Positions 16,695 to 25,356 of a stretch of 64,000 bases of DNA are shown here, in pieces. Both the position numbers and the translations under genes were made by a program. Where the stretch lies: the IMG/VR virus record IMGVR_UViG_3300031215_000011, positions 1 through 64,000 of that record, one strand, 5' to 3'. The notes beneath the pieces were generated by a model. It made no database searches and was not told the DNA's origin. It saw only the letters and a program-made list of their open reading frames with translations. The stretch is from a virus. Numbering within the stretch: position 1 is the stretch's first letter; the number at the start of each line of letters is the position of its first letter.

Positions 16695-17304
16695 GTTTGC
16701 AGAAGATGCTAAAATACTTTGGTTATTAGATTCAGGGCATGGGGAGGATACCCAAGGGAAAAGGTCTCCTGTATGGTCTGATGGTTCTCAATTATTGGAG
16801 TGGGAGTTTAATAGGGACATGAGTGACAGGATAAGATTCAAGCTTAGGGAATTAGGAAAAAGAGTTATGTTAGTTGTACAAGAAGAGCATGATGTAAGTC
16901 TCGAAGGAAGATGCTCAAGAGAAAAAGCAGCACGTAGAAGTTCAAAATTTCCTACGGTATTTATTTCAAATCATGCGAACGCTTTTGAAAAAGAAGATTC
17001 CTCGGGGATTGAAGTTTTTACGAGTGTAGGACAGACTGATAGTGATATAGTAGCTGAACATATCGCCAAACATTTATTTGAAGCTTTCCCTGATATTAAA
17101 AGAAGAGTAGATAAATCAGATGGAGATTTGGATAAAGAGGCACATTTTTACGTATTGAGAAATACAGCAGGACCCTCAGTTTTGATAGAGTATGGATTTA
17201 TGACTAATGAGGAAGAGTGTAAGAAATTATTAGACCCTGATTGGAGAAATAGGGCTGCTGAGGCAGTTGTTCAGGCGATGGTAAAATATGAGTGTAACCT
17301 TTAA
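16678..17304 (+). CDS. N-acetylmuramoyl-L-alanine amidase (endolysin)
   Basis: Amidase_3-like LDSGHGEDTQGKRSP, FISNHANAF and FYVLRNTAGPSVLIEYGFMTNEEE. Confidence 0.85.
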   Translation: MNKIVRFAEDAKILWLLDSGHGEDTQGKRSPVWSDGSQLLEWEFNRDMSDRIRFKLRELGKRVMLVVQEEHDVSLEGRCSREKAARRSSKFPTVFISNHANAFEKEDSSGIEVFTSVGQTDSDIVAEHIAKHLFEAFPDIKRRVDKSDGDLDKEAHFYVLRNTAGPSVLIEYGFMTNEEECKKLLDPDWRNRAAEAVVQAMVKYECNL

Positions 17305-17315
17305 AATAGAATATC

Positions 17316-17681
17316 ATGGAAGAATTGTTCTTACAACTGAAAACCTTATTTATTGATAATGTAGTTAACTTTTTTGCAGGGCTTGATTGGTTTTATATCG
17401 TTGCTTTAGTGTTAGCTGTAAATGCTTCGAATAAATTTCTACCTTTGGATAAAGAATTGTCGATAGGTAAATGGAGTGTTAGACTATCTGCTTCTTACAG
17501 GGTGCTGATATTAGGCTTAGTATTAGCCGTTGTTTATTATTACCTAAATGAAGGAGAGAGCAGGAAAGACGTTAAAATATTGTTTGAATCTATGTTAGCT
17601 GCGATGGCACTTCATGCTTGGATATTTCAGCACATAATAGACTTTGTAAAGAAAAAATGGACTTCAAATTTAGAATCTTAG
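17316..17681 (+). CDS. holin-like membrane protein
   Basis: 121 aa with about three hydrophobic helices, immediately after the endolysin. Confidence 0.5.
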   Translation: MEELFLQLKTLFIDNVVNFFAGLDWFYIVALVLAVNASNKFLPLDKELSIGKWSVRLSASYRVLILGLVLAVVYYYLNEGESRKDVKILFESMLAAMALHAWIFQHIIDFVKKKWTSNLES

Positions 17682-18337
17682 TAGCTTGTCTTATAGTTGT
17701 TCTGTTGGCAGGATTATACGGTTGGTATCATTATAACTCCGAATTAAATCGAGTTATAAGTACCAATGGTAGTCTTGAGAGGGACGTTGAAGTTTGGAGA
17801 GATAAGGCAGGCAGGTCTAATGCTAAAGTAGAGGCTGTGAACCTATCTTACAAAGAATTAAAAAACTCCAATAATGAAGATATTAAAGCTTTGAGGGAGG
17901 ACTTAGGGAAGCTTAAAAATTTTGTTTCCCGTATTAGCGTTCAAACTAACACTCAAGGCTCAGTAACTGCTCAGGTAACCGATACTACCATTATCATAAA
18001 TGGAGATACCACAGAGGTTAAAAGGTTCCGGTACGAGGATAAATGGGTATCTTTGCAGGGTAAGTTTCTTCCAAGGCTGGATAGTGTTAAGTTAGATTAC
18101 AGTTTATTTGAGGATTTAACTATAGATCAGACTTGGGAGCGAGATAAAGGATTTAAGAATTGGTTTAAGCCTAAGAAGTTAAAGTTAACAGCGAGGTCGG
18201 AGAACCCAAACAGTTCCGTATACGGGGCTAGACAAATACAGGTTGTGCCTAACCCTAAAAAATGGTACGAGACAAGAGGGTTTCAAATGGTCGTTTCATT
18301 CGGCTTTGGAGCCTATGTAGGAAGTAGAAATAATTAA
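17657..18337 (+). CDS. membrane-anchored protein (possible lysis accessory or spanin-like)
   Basis: N-terminal TM ILVACLIVVLLAGLYGWY followed by a soluble domain. The ATG at 17657 is preferred over 17618. Position is after the holin. Confidence 0.4.
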   Translation: MDFKFRILVACLIVVLLAGLYGWYHYNSELNRVISTNGSLERDVEVWRDKAGRSNAKVEAVNLSYKELKNSNNEDIKALREDLGKLKNFVSRISVQTNTQGSVTAQVTDTTIIINGDTTEVKRFRYEDKWVSLQGKFLPRLDSVKLDYSLFEDLTIDQTWERDKGFKNWFKPKKLKLTARSENPNSSVYGARQIQVVPNPKKWYETRGFQMVVSFGFGAYVGSRNN

Positions 18338-18341
18338 GAAA

Positions 18342-18584
18342 ATGGAGTTACAGCAAAGCGATATTATTAAAGCTAAGTTTAAGGGGTTGATGAAAAAATC
18401 AACTTTTGCAGAAGCGTATGGGCAAGGGGTAAGCACCTCAGCCGTTACTTATGCAATGGATAAAGGTCATATTGATTGGGTAGATGTTTCAGGGGAGCAG
18501 GTCGTTGTTTTGACGGCTAAGACTTTGGAGTATGCGCCTAACCAACATCCAAAGCGTACAGCTACTATGCACGCAGAAAAATAA
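18342..18584 (+). CDS. hypothetical protein
   Basis: 80-aa ORF. Confidence 0.55.
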   Translation: MELQQSDIIKAKFKGLMKKSTFAEAYGQGVSTSAVTYAMDKGHIDWVDVSGEQVVVLTAKTLEYAPNQHPKRTATMHAEK

Positions 18585-18594
18585 ATTGATAAAA

Positions 18595-18626
18595 ATATTG
18601 TAGTTCTCTAAAATTTTATATCTTTG
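18595..18626 (+). promoter_or_regulatory. Phage promoter family copy
   Basis: atattgtagttctctaaaattttatatctttg with -7 box TATCTTTG. Followed by the hairpin ctttgtg-N12-cacaaag, which contains AAACCAC. Confidence 0.65.
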
Positions 18627-18648
18627 TGAGGCATTAAAACCACAAAGA

Positions 18649-18978
18649 ATGAAAAGCACAGAAATACTTCCGATTGACCAAAGGTTGACTCAAGATGAGG
18701 TAGATTTTATAGAGAATAACTCAGATGACAAAACTAAAGCCCTGTTGGTAAAGTACCACAGGGCTTTAGCTGTTTCCGAAACTGCTTACGCTAGTCAATT
18801 AACTTGGTCCATAGATGATATTATGTATCAGGCTCAGAACGATGAGGTAGCAATTACTGAGAAGCAAGGTCAAGAAATATTGGATAGAGTTCTCCACCAA
18901 GCGGATGCTAACATGGGGATAAATTGGACAGTAATTTCTACTCATATTAGTATGTACTTAGAAGAGCAGAAAGGATGA
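18649..18978 (+). CDS. hypothetical protein
   Basis: 109-aa acidic ORF. Confidence 0.6.
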   Translation: MKSTEILPIDQRLTQDEVDFIENNSDDKTKALLVKYHRALAVSETAYASQLTWSIDDIMYQAQNDEVAITEKQGQEILDRVLHQADANMGINWTVISTHISMYLEEQKG

Positions 18979-19520
18979 GAATAGATATTTATTTTGACGG
19001 TGCTTGTCAGAACCATGCTGATAGGAATAAGAGTTATCACATGGGGGTTGGCTTATATTGTGAAGTGGATAGAGTACCTTATAAAGGGTTAGCCATATTT
19101 GCAGGCAACGGTTGTTGGAGGTCCCCTCAGGAGCATGGTACAAGTAACATTGCTGAGTGGGTTGGGATGTGTTTAGCTGCTCAATGGAGTAACAGATTAT
19201 TGAAAGAGTTTCCTCAAAGGGTCGTTACTATTTTTAGCGATAGTCAATTAGTCACAAATCAGTTTAATGGTAATTGGATGGTCAAGAAAAGGCATCTTGC
19301 TCCTTTCTTGAGGGAGGCTAAGAAGAATTTGAACGCAGCCGTAACCAATCCTGTAATATGGATTAAAAGAGATAAAAACCGAGTAGCTGACGATTACTCT
19401 AAGAAAGGGTTAACCTTTAGTGATGAGATGTTGGTACTTAAAAAAGATATACATGGAGTGCTTTACGTGGATGCCCCCGTTCTTAGGAATGAGCAATGGG
19501 AGAAGGCAGAGGAGTTGTAA
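18975..19520 (+). CDS. Ribonuclease H (type 1)
   Basis: DEDD pattern: IYFDGAC, SNIAEWVG, IFSDSQLV and NRVADDYSKKG. Confidence 0.85.
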   Translation: MRIDIYFDGACQNHADRNKSYHMGVGLYCEVDRVPYKGLAIFAGNGCWRSPQEHGTSNIAEWVGMCLAAQWSNRLLKEFPQRVVTIFSDSQLVTNQFNGNWMVKKRHLAPFLREAKKNLNAAVTNPVIWIKRDKNRVADDYSKKGLTFSDEMLVLKKDIHGVLYVDAPVLRNEQWEKAEEL

Positions 19521-19857
19521 AATTCCTTGTAGAGTTTACGGGGTCTATTTGATAAGAGAAGGAGCAGAAATAGTTTATGTAGGCATGAGTGCTTACTCAG
19601 TTAAGAAAGCTTGCTACAGGCATTTCGAGGAGTGGAACGATAGGAGAGGTAACCACTATAGAACTGTTTACTCAGATTATCAAAATATGGAAGTAGCTTT
19701 CATAACTACTGAGAGTAAGCAGGGGGCGGTTGATTTGGAAAGAGAACTAATATTAGAATACGTCCCTAGGGATAACAGAGATAAATTTAAAGATCATAGG
19801 ATAACAAAAGAACAGGATTATGGAGACTACGAACCGAAAGACGACTGCCCATTCTGA
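19489..19857 (+). CDS. GIY-YIG nuclease domain protein
   Basis: GVYLI...IVYVGMS (GIY-x10-YVG), then a conserved Arg region and LERELILEY. The start is uncertain: the ORF opens at 19420 and the ATG at 19489 gives a shorter overlap. Confidence 0.65.
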   Translation: MSNGRRQRSCKIPCRVYGVYLIREGAEIVYVGMSAYSVKKACYRHFEEWNDRRGNHYRTVYSDYQNMEVAFITTESKQGAVDLERELILEYVPRDNRDKFKDHRITKEQDYGDYEPKDDCPF

Positions 19858-21310
19858 GCAGGATTTAGAAGTAATGTTTAAGAAAGGTCATGTAACCTTT
19901 GCCGAGCATATAGCACGGAGGGAGGTAACTCCCGTGGATACTTCTACTTTGAAACCTCAGCAGTTAGAATCTTTCAACGGGCTGAAAGAGTTTTTAAACT
20001 CCTCAGGAGGCGGTATGGCGTTGCTAAGAGGTTATGCAGGTACAGGTAAAACTTATACTAGCAGCAGGATAATTGAGGACTACCTCTACCATAACAGGCA
20101 GGCTCAAGTAGCTGTTACGGCTCCTACCAATAAAGCAGTAAAGGTATTGTACCAATCAGCTGATTATAAGCATCCGAATTTGGCTTACCTTACTATTCAC
20201 AGCTTGCTAGGCTTGAGAGAAAAGATAAACTTCAAAGGGGAGATTACGTTTGTTCAGAATAAGAGAGAGAACAGCAAATTAGGAGAGTACCAAGTTCTTT
20301 TATTGGATGAGGTATCTATGCTTCAAGATGAGTTGTTTGAGTTAATTGCTCCTTACGTGGATTACTCTAATTTGAAAGTTATATTCATGGGAGATCCTGC
20401 TCAGATACCTCCTGTGGGTAGGGTAGATTGTATGCCTTTCGATGAGGATGTACAGAGAGATTTTGATATGAAACTTTTCTCCCTTACTGATATTGTCAGG
20501 CAAGGGGAAGGTAATCCGATTATTGAGGCTACCTTGAAAGTGAGGAGAGTATTAGCTAGACCTAAAATATTTGTGAAAAGGACTAGCCAGATTACGGACA
20601 AAGGAAGCTTAATATTTTTGGATAAGCTAAATGACCGTAGGTTGATTACTGATTTATTTGAACACTACTTCAATTCAGAACACTTCAAAAAAGAGGCAGA
20701 TTTTGCTAAGGTTATAGCGTGGACTAATGATACGGTGGATGCTATAAATAATAGAATCAGGAAAATGATTTATGCAGGACACGACCTGCAGAAGATAATG
20801 GTAGGTGAGAAGCTAATTGCAGATAAGCCTATTTTCGAGATTGTGGGGGATGAGCAAACGATAATATTCAATACCAATGATGAGTTGATAGTAAATTCTG
20901 TTAAGGAGTATGCCGAGGAAATAGAAGGGGGCGAACCTATACATTGCTACAAGGCTTTGGTGGATTACTTAACTCCTGATGGGAAAATGTACAAGCAAAC
21001 CATCAAAATAGTGCATGAGAGGAGCGAACAGTATTATACTAACATACTCAATACTTTCAAGAAAAAGGCGTTGGCAGAGAGGGGCTATAAGGCTGTACAG
21101 TATTGGGAGCAGTTTTACAATTTTCAAAAACACTTCGCTTCTGTAAAGTACAATTATGCGATCACGGCTCATAAGAGCCAAGGCAGCACCTATCAAAACG
21201 TGTTCGTTATTGAGAGTGATATAGATAAAAACCGTAAAGTAGTCGAGAGGAACAGGATAAAATATACTGCTTTGAGCAGGCCATCTGAGAAGCTGTTTAT
21301 TATAGCTTGA
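19820..21310 (+). CDS. SF1 Dda/RecD-like DNA helicase
   Basis: Walker A GYAGTGKTYT, Walker B LLLDEVSM, FMGDPAQIPPV and C-terminal AITAHKSQGSTYQNVFV. Confidence 0.9.
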   Translation: METTNRKTTAHSEQDLEVMFKKGHVTFAEHIARREVTPVDTSTLKPQQLESFNGLKEFLNSSGGGMALLRGYAGTGKTYTSSRIIEDYLYHNRQAQVAVTAPTNKAVKVLYQSADYKHPNLAYLTIHSLLGLREKINFKGEITFVQNKRENSKLGEYQVLLLDEVSMLQDELFELIAPYVDYSNLKVIFMGDPAQIPPVGRVDCMPFDEDVQRDFDMKLFSLTDIVRQGEGNPIIEATLKVRRVLARPKIFVKRTSQITDKGSLIFLDKLNDRRLITDLFEHYFNSEHFKKEADFAKVIAWTNDTVDAINNRIRKMIYAGHDLQKIMVGEKLIADKPIFEIVGDEQTIIFNTNDELIVNSVKEYAEEIEGGEPIHCYKALVDYLTPDGKMYKQTIKIVHERSEQYYTNILNTFKKKALAERGYKAVQYWEQFYNFQKHFASVKYNYAITAHKSQGSTYQNVFVIESDIDKNRKVVERNRIKYTALSRPSEKLFIIA

Positions 21311-21352
21311 TGGTAAGACACTAATTCGTGCTTTTCGATTTAGTATGTGGTT

Positions 21353-21390
21353 AAGAAGGAGGTAAGGCGAAAGTCCCCTCCTTCTTTTTA
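21353..21390 (+). terminator. Rho-independent terminator
   Basis: Perfect 10-bp stem aagaaggagg / cctccttctt followed by a T run. Confidence 0.8.
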
Positions 21391-21408
21391 TTTAAAAATA
21401 ATTTGATA

Positions 21409-21443
21409 AAATTTGTGAGAACTCCAAAACTTTCTTAACTTAG
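21409..21443 (+). promoter_or_regulatory. Phage promoter family copy
   Basis: aaatttgtgagaactccaaaactttcttaacttag. AAACCAC lies in the leader. Confidence 0.6.
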
Positions 21444-21464
21444 CTATGTATTAAAAACCACGAA

Positions 21465-22229
21465 ATGAGAATAGCACACAAAAATTTATTGATAGACATT
21501 AATTCAGAGGATTCAGAATTTCTAGGGTCTATGACGTTCAGTACAGATAGAGAAATAGCTAAAAGGTTCTTCGATGCCTACGATGGGGATATACCCTACG
21601 ATGGGGATTCAGAGTTAGCCTCTTTTTTAGATGATGAAGAGCAGGATTCTTTTCAGCATTTTAACGCTGATGTATTCACTGCTTTTTTAGCTTGGGCTAT
21701 GGAAGAGGAGGACAAAATTAATTTCGATTACTATGGTAAAACCTTTTGGCTTTTCCACGATATAAGTCATGCAATTAACGATTGCGTATCGGGTATAAGT
21801 ACTCCATCGGCTCACGCTGAGAACGTAGCTAATACTTACTCTATTGAGCAGCACGCAGCGCACGGATTGTCTATTGATTTAGATTATTCAGATGTAGAGC
21901 AGTACAGCGATGAGTTCTACCAACGGTTTGCAGAATCTATGGAGATGGAATACTCCGATTTACATCCTGAGGCTAAAGAGTTAGAAGGGGATACGGATAC
22001 CATTCAAGGTTATTATGGGGTATCCTCAAGTAACAATACTGAGATATTTGTATGCACAATGCCTGATGGTACAGTTTGGTATGCGACTTACGGTTCTACC
22101 AATGTTAATTCTACCATGGATGAGATTGAGGAGGGTACCAACGTAGAGACCTTGAGCGATAACGATACTTTTTCTTGGGGCAGTCCTATAGAATCAGAGG
22201 AGGAATTATTAGAAGCAGTTAACGATTAA
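21465..22229 (+). CDS. highly acidic hypothetical protein
   Basis: 254 aa. By my count about 57 are D/E against about ten K/R. First gene of its operon. Confidence 0.65.
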   Translation: MRIAHKNLLIDINSEDSEFLGSMTFSTDREIAKRFFDAYDGDIPYDGDSELASFLDDEEQDSFQHFNADVFTAFLAWAMEEEDKINFDYYGKTFWLFHDISHAINDCVSGISTPSAHAENVANTYSIEQHAAHGLSIDLDYSDVEQYSDEFYQRFAESMEMEYSDLHPEAKELEGDTDTIQGYYGVSSSNNTEIFVCTMPDGTVWYATYGSTNVNSTMDEIEEGTNVETLSDNDTFSWGSPIESEEELLEAVND

Positions 22230-22248
22230 TCACATATAAAAAGTAAGC

Positions 22249-22740
22249 ATGAAAATTATTTTAGTATCAAGTACCAATCCTATTGATGTAAATGTTAATA
22301 GAGCAGAAACCGATGAGAGTATTCTACAGGTGCTACAGACAAGGTTAATAGAAGGGTTAGTTCACTTCGAGTATAAAAAGGCAAATGGGGACGTTAGAGA
22401 GGCGTACGGCACTTTGAACTCTAAGTACATCAAACAGGACCCGACAGGTTACGCTAACTCACGTGTGGAAAGATTTTACCAATCAAAGTTTAGTAAGGAT
22501 TATACCATACTCCCTATAGATAAGATTTTCAGTACGGCTGATAAGAAAGAGGTATTTATAGTTAATTTAGAGGAGGAAGAGGTTAAACTTTTCGATGATG
22601 GTCTCATGGATTTGAATTTACCTCATTTTATTTCAGTAGTTAAAAAAGTACATCAGCCGGAGCATCTTCTCAAGTATTGGGATTTAGAGGCTCAAGGATG
22701 GAGAATGTTCACTAAAGATAGCATAATAGCAGTTTACTAA
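22249..22740 (+). CDS. hypothetical protein
   Basis: 163-aa ORF. Confidence 0.6.
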   Translation: MKIILVSSTNPIDVNVNRAETDESILQVLQTRLIEGLVHFEYKKANGDVREAYGTLNSKYIKQDPTGYANSRVERFYQSKFSKDYTILPIDKIFSTADKKEVFIVNLEEEEVKLFDDGLMDLNLPHFISVVKKVHQPEHLLKYWDLEAQGWRMFTKDSIIAVY

Positions 22741-23408
22741 TGAGGAATTTTTACGAGGTATTAGGGGTATCTAAAACAGCTACTTTAAAAGAGATCAAAA
22801 AAGCCTACAGGGACAAGTCTAAAAAGTTGCATCCTGATAAAGAGGGGGGCACTAACGAGCGGTTTGCTGAGTTATCTCAGGCTTACGAAGTATTATCGGA
22901 TGAGGCTAAGAGAAAAAGGTACGATGAAACAGGCGAGTTCAAAGAACAATCGGACCCTTTTCCATCCTTCGCTATGCACTTTATCAGCATGAGTATTGAT
23001 ATTTGCTTTCAGACTAATTTTAGTGTGGAATATGACGATTTTGTAAAGGTAATATCTAAGCATATCAATACAGGCTTGAAAGAGGGTTCAAAACTTCTAA
23101 AAAAGTACGAATCAGTCAGAGGAAAGCTTAAAAAGATGCAGCGCAGATTGTGTAAGAAAAGTAAAGAGGGAGAGGATAATTACGTAGCTATGGTTATGGA
23201 ATCTAAATTAACAGATACCGAAGAGGCTATTCAAGGTATAAACACTCAATTGGAGATGTTTGAGAAGCTTTTAAGCTTGTTGGGTACATACGAATACCAA
23301 GTGGATGTTAAACCCGATTACGTAATAAGGAGAGATCGAGAACGTAAGGCAACCCATGAGGGGTTATCTTCATTAATTGAAAATATTACAGGACATGGAA
23401 GAATGTAG
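22740..23408 (+). CDS. J-domain (DnaJ-like) protein
   Basis: [32 protein letters not shown]...[15 protein letters not shown] is a canonical J domain with HPD. The C-terminal part is unrelated to the DnaJ zinc or CTD regions. Confidence 0.9.
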   Translation: MRNFYEVLGVSKTATLKEIKKAYRDKSKKLHPDKEGGTNERFAELSQAYEVLSDEAKRKRYDETGEFKEQSDPFPSFAMHFISMSIDICFQTNFSVEYDDFVKVISKHINTGLKEGSKLLKKYESVRGKLKKMQRRLCKKSKEGEDNYVAMVMESKLTDTEEAIQGINTQLEMFEKLLSLLGTYEYQVDVKPDYVIRRDRERKATHEGLSSLIENITGHGRM

Positions 23409-23409
23409 C

Positions 23410-23865
23410 ATGGTTATCAAAGTACAGGAGGATGGAAAAGCTTGGGGACCCACTCAAGGAAGAGTATTAACTTTTGAATCTGATACAGAGGCGGTAAATT
23501 TCTGCACTTCTTTGGCAGTATGGGAGAACAGAGCCATTAGGTTGAGCAAGAAAGAGTTTACTGAGGCTAGAGTATTTTACCCTCCTTTACAACCGCCTCA
23601 GCAGACAGAATTAAGGGAGCGGTTAGAATCAATGCTCCCCGATGATTTTTGGGATAAGGTAGAGAAGAACTTACCCAATTATGGAAAAAGAGATGATGTA
23701 GCTTATTCTGATGACTTGCAAAAGTACGTAGATGGAGAGGCTGATGAGGATTGCAGACAAAGAGTAGAATCGAGTGTAAGTTTGCACCCTGAGTTGGAGA
23801 ATACGATTTTGAATATTAAATTATACATTGAAGCTTTAGAACATGACAGAACAAGAAAATTATGA
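23410..23865 (+). CDS. hypothetical protein
   Basis: ORF opens at 23377. The ATG at 23410, just after the J-protein stop, is preferred. Confidence 0.55.
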   Translation: MVIKVQEDGKAWGPTQGRVLTFESDTEAVNFCTSLAVWENRAIRLSKKEFTEARVFYPPLQPPQQTELRERLESMLPDDFWDKVEKNLPNYGKRDDVAYSDDLQKYVDGEADEDCRQRVESSVSLHPELENTILNIKLYIEALEHDRTRKL

Positions 23866-24163
23866 TTCCTTGATGGCAGTTATTGAGGAGGTAACCCCTA
23901 CTCAGGATAGAGTAGTAATTTGGGAGCAGGAGGCGTCGAGAGCCACTGAGTTAGGTATTATACTGATTAACCCCATCGAGGACGATCAGAGAGTAGGGCT
24001 AGTGGTTCGATTAGGTGTAGGCTATAGTGATAAACCTTTTGAGGTTGCTCAAGGCGATACGGTCATCTATGGGAAGTTGGCAGGTACTAAATTTGAATGG
24101 AAAGGTGGAACTTATCACTTGATGAGGGAAGCAGATATTTTTTGCATATTAGAAGAGAAATAA
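23843..24163 (+). CDS. GroES-like co-chaperonin (Cpn10)
   Basis: PTQDRVVIWEQ...ELGIILI...GLVVRLGVG...VAQGDTVIYGK...HLMREADIFCILE follows the GroES pattern P-DRV-I...GI-L...G-V...G-G...GD-V...E-DI--I-E. Confidence 0.78.
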   Translation: MTEQENYDSLMAVIEEVTPTQDRVVIWEQEASRATELGIILINPIEDDQRVGLVVRLGVGYSDKPFEVAQGDTVIYGKLAGTKFEWKGGTYHLMREADIFCILEEK

Positions 24164-24921
24164 TGAATAAATTAGATATAGTAATTGCTCCCTTGAGCGA
24201 TAAAGAGTATTGGGAAAATGAATCTTATGCTTGTGTAAATGTAGTAGGTATATTTGAAGGTCCAAGCAGAGCAGTTATAGAAGCTACAGATAGGATATTA
24301 GGAGTTAACGCTTGGAGGTTTAAAGACCCTCTAAAAGGTCAAGATTATCTTGCAGCTACTTTAGGTTATAGAGATTTAATTTATAAAAAACCTGAGAGAG
24401 TATTTAAGAATTTTTTGAATTGGTTTAGGTCAAAAGGTAATCCGAGTAAGATAGCTTTCTTAGGATTAACTCAAGAACCTAATGGTTACTGTTACCGTTA
24501 CTTGTTTCTCAATTTTTTCAGAGAGCATTTAGGTATGTACATGCCAAAGTATCGAATTATTGATGTAGGAGTAAAGGGTATTTCCCAAACTGAGTTTAAT
24601 AACATAGCTTACGATTCTAATTATTGGCAGCAGACTAAGATAACCTTTGATAAAGAGCACGTAGGTAATTTGTTAGAATCTACTTCATGGACGTTTGCTA
24701 AAACTATGCCTGAGAATCCTCATGAATATACTTTACGAAAAAATTGGAGTAGTGTAGAGGATTATTTACAAGTTTCAGCTTACATAAGGTCTTATGGAAA
24801 ATTGGAAGAATTTTACGGTCAATATTATAGAGTGTTGTATTTAGGGGGGCATAAGTATTGGACACATCCTGTAGATGTAACAAATAAAGACGTAGATTTA
24901 ATCAACAGAACCGGCATCTAA
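24163..24921 (+). CDS. hypothetical protein
   Basis: ORF opens at 24097. The TAATG-coupled ATG at 24163 is preferred. No assignable motif. Confidence 0.6.
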   Translation: MNKLDIVIAPLSDKEYWENESYACVNVVGIFEGPSRAVIEATDRILGVNAWRFKDPLKGQDYLAATLGYRDLIYKKPERVFKNFLNWFRSKGNPSKIAFLGLTQEPNGYCYRYLFLNFFREHLGMYMPKYRIIDVGVKGISQTEFNNIAYDSNYWQQTKITFDKEHVGNLLESTSWTFAKTMPENPHEYTLRKNWSSVEDYLQVSAYIRSYGKLEEFYGQYYRVLYLGGHKYWTHPVDVTNKDVDLINRTGI

Positions 24922-24933
24922 TTATCTCGTTTA

Positions 24934-24965
24934 TTTCGTAGATGTACAAAATTTGATTAGATTTG
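24934..24965 (+). promoter_or_regulatory. Promoter (TTCG-N19-TAGATTTG), divergent member of the family
   Basis: tttcgtagatgtacaaaatttgattagatttg. The only promoter-like element between 24.9 and 31.8 kb. Confidence 0.5.
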
Positions 24966-24984
24966 TCTATCTAATTAGAGGTAC

Positions 24985-25353
24985 ATGAAAAACGGGAAAC
25001 ACTTAATAATTGATGCGTATAAATGCGATAAAAATCCAATGTGGGATGTGGCATTGATAAAAGAAGTTTGTTTGAAAGTAACAAACATGATTGGTTTAAG
25101 ACCACTCTCAGAGCCTTTGATTTATGAGGTGGACGAGAGCATGATTGCCAAAGAAGAGACAGGAATTACAGGCGGTATTATATTTATGGAAAGCCATTTT
25201 ACTTTTCATGCTTTCCCTGAAAAGCATTACTTTTCAGCCGATATTTACAGTTGTAAAGGATTTGACCATGAAAAAGTGGTTGAATTTCTTGCAACTGTTT
25301 TTGGTTCCAAAGACATGAATCATACTGTTTTACTTAGAGGGAATAAACTTTAA
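24985..25353 (+). CDS. speD: S-adenosylmethionine decarboxylase proenzyme-like (pyruvoyl-dependent, small SpeD/SpeH type)
   Basis: 122 aa. KHLIIDAYKCD and FMESHFTFHAFPE match the E-S self-cleavage site and HTxPE motif of small bacterial/archaeal AdoMetDC. Confidence 0.8.
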   Translation: MKNGKHLIIDAYKCDKNPMWDVALIKEVCLKVTNMIGLRPLSEPLIYEVDESMIAKEETGITGGIIFMESHFTFHAFPEKHYFSADIYSCKGFDHEKVVEFLATVFGSKDMNHTVLLRGNKL

Positions 25354-25356
25354 AAC

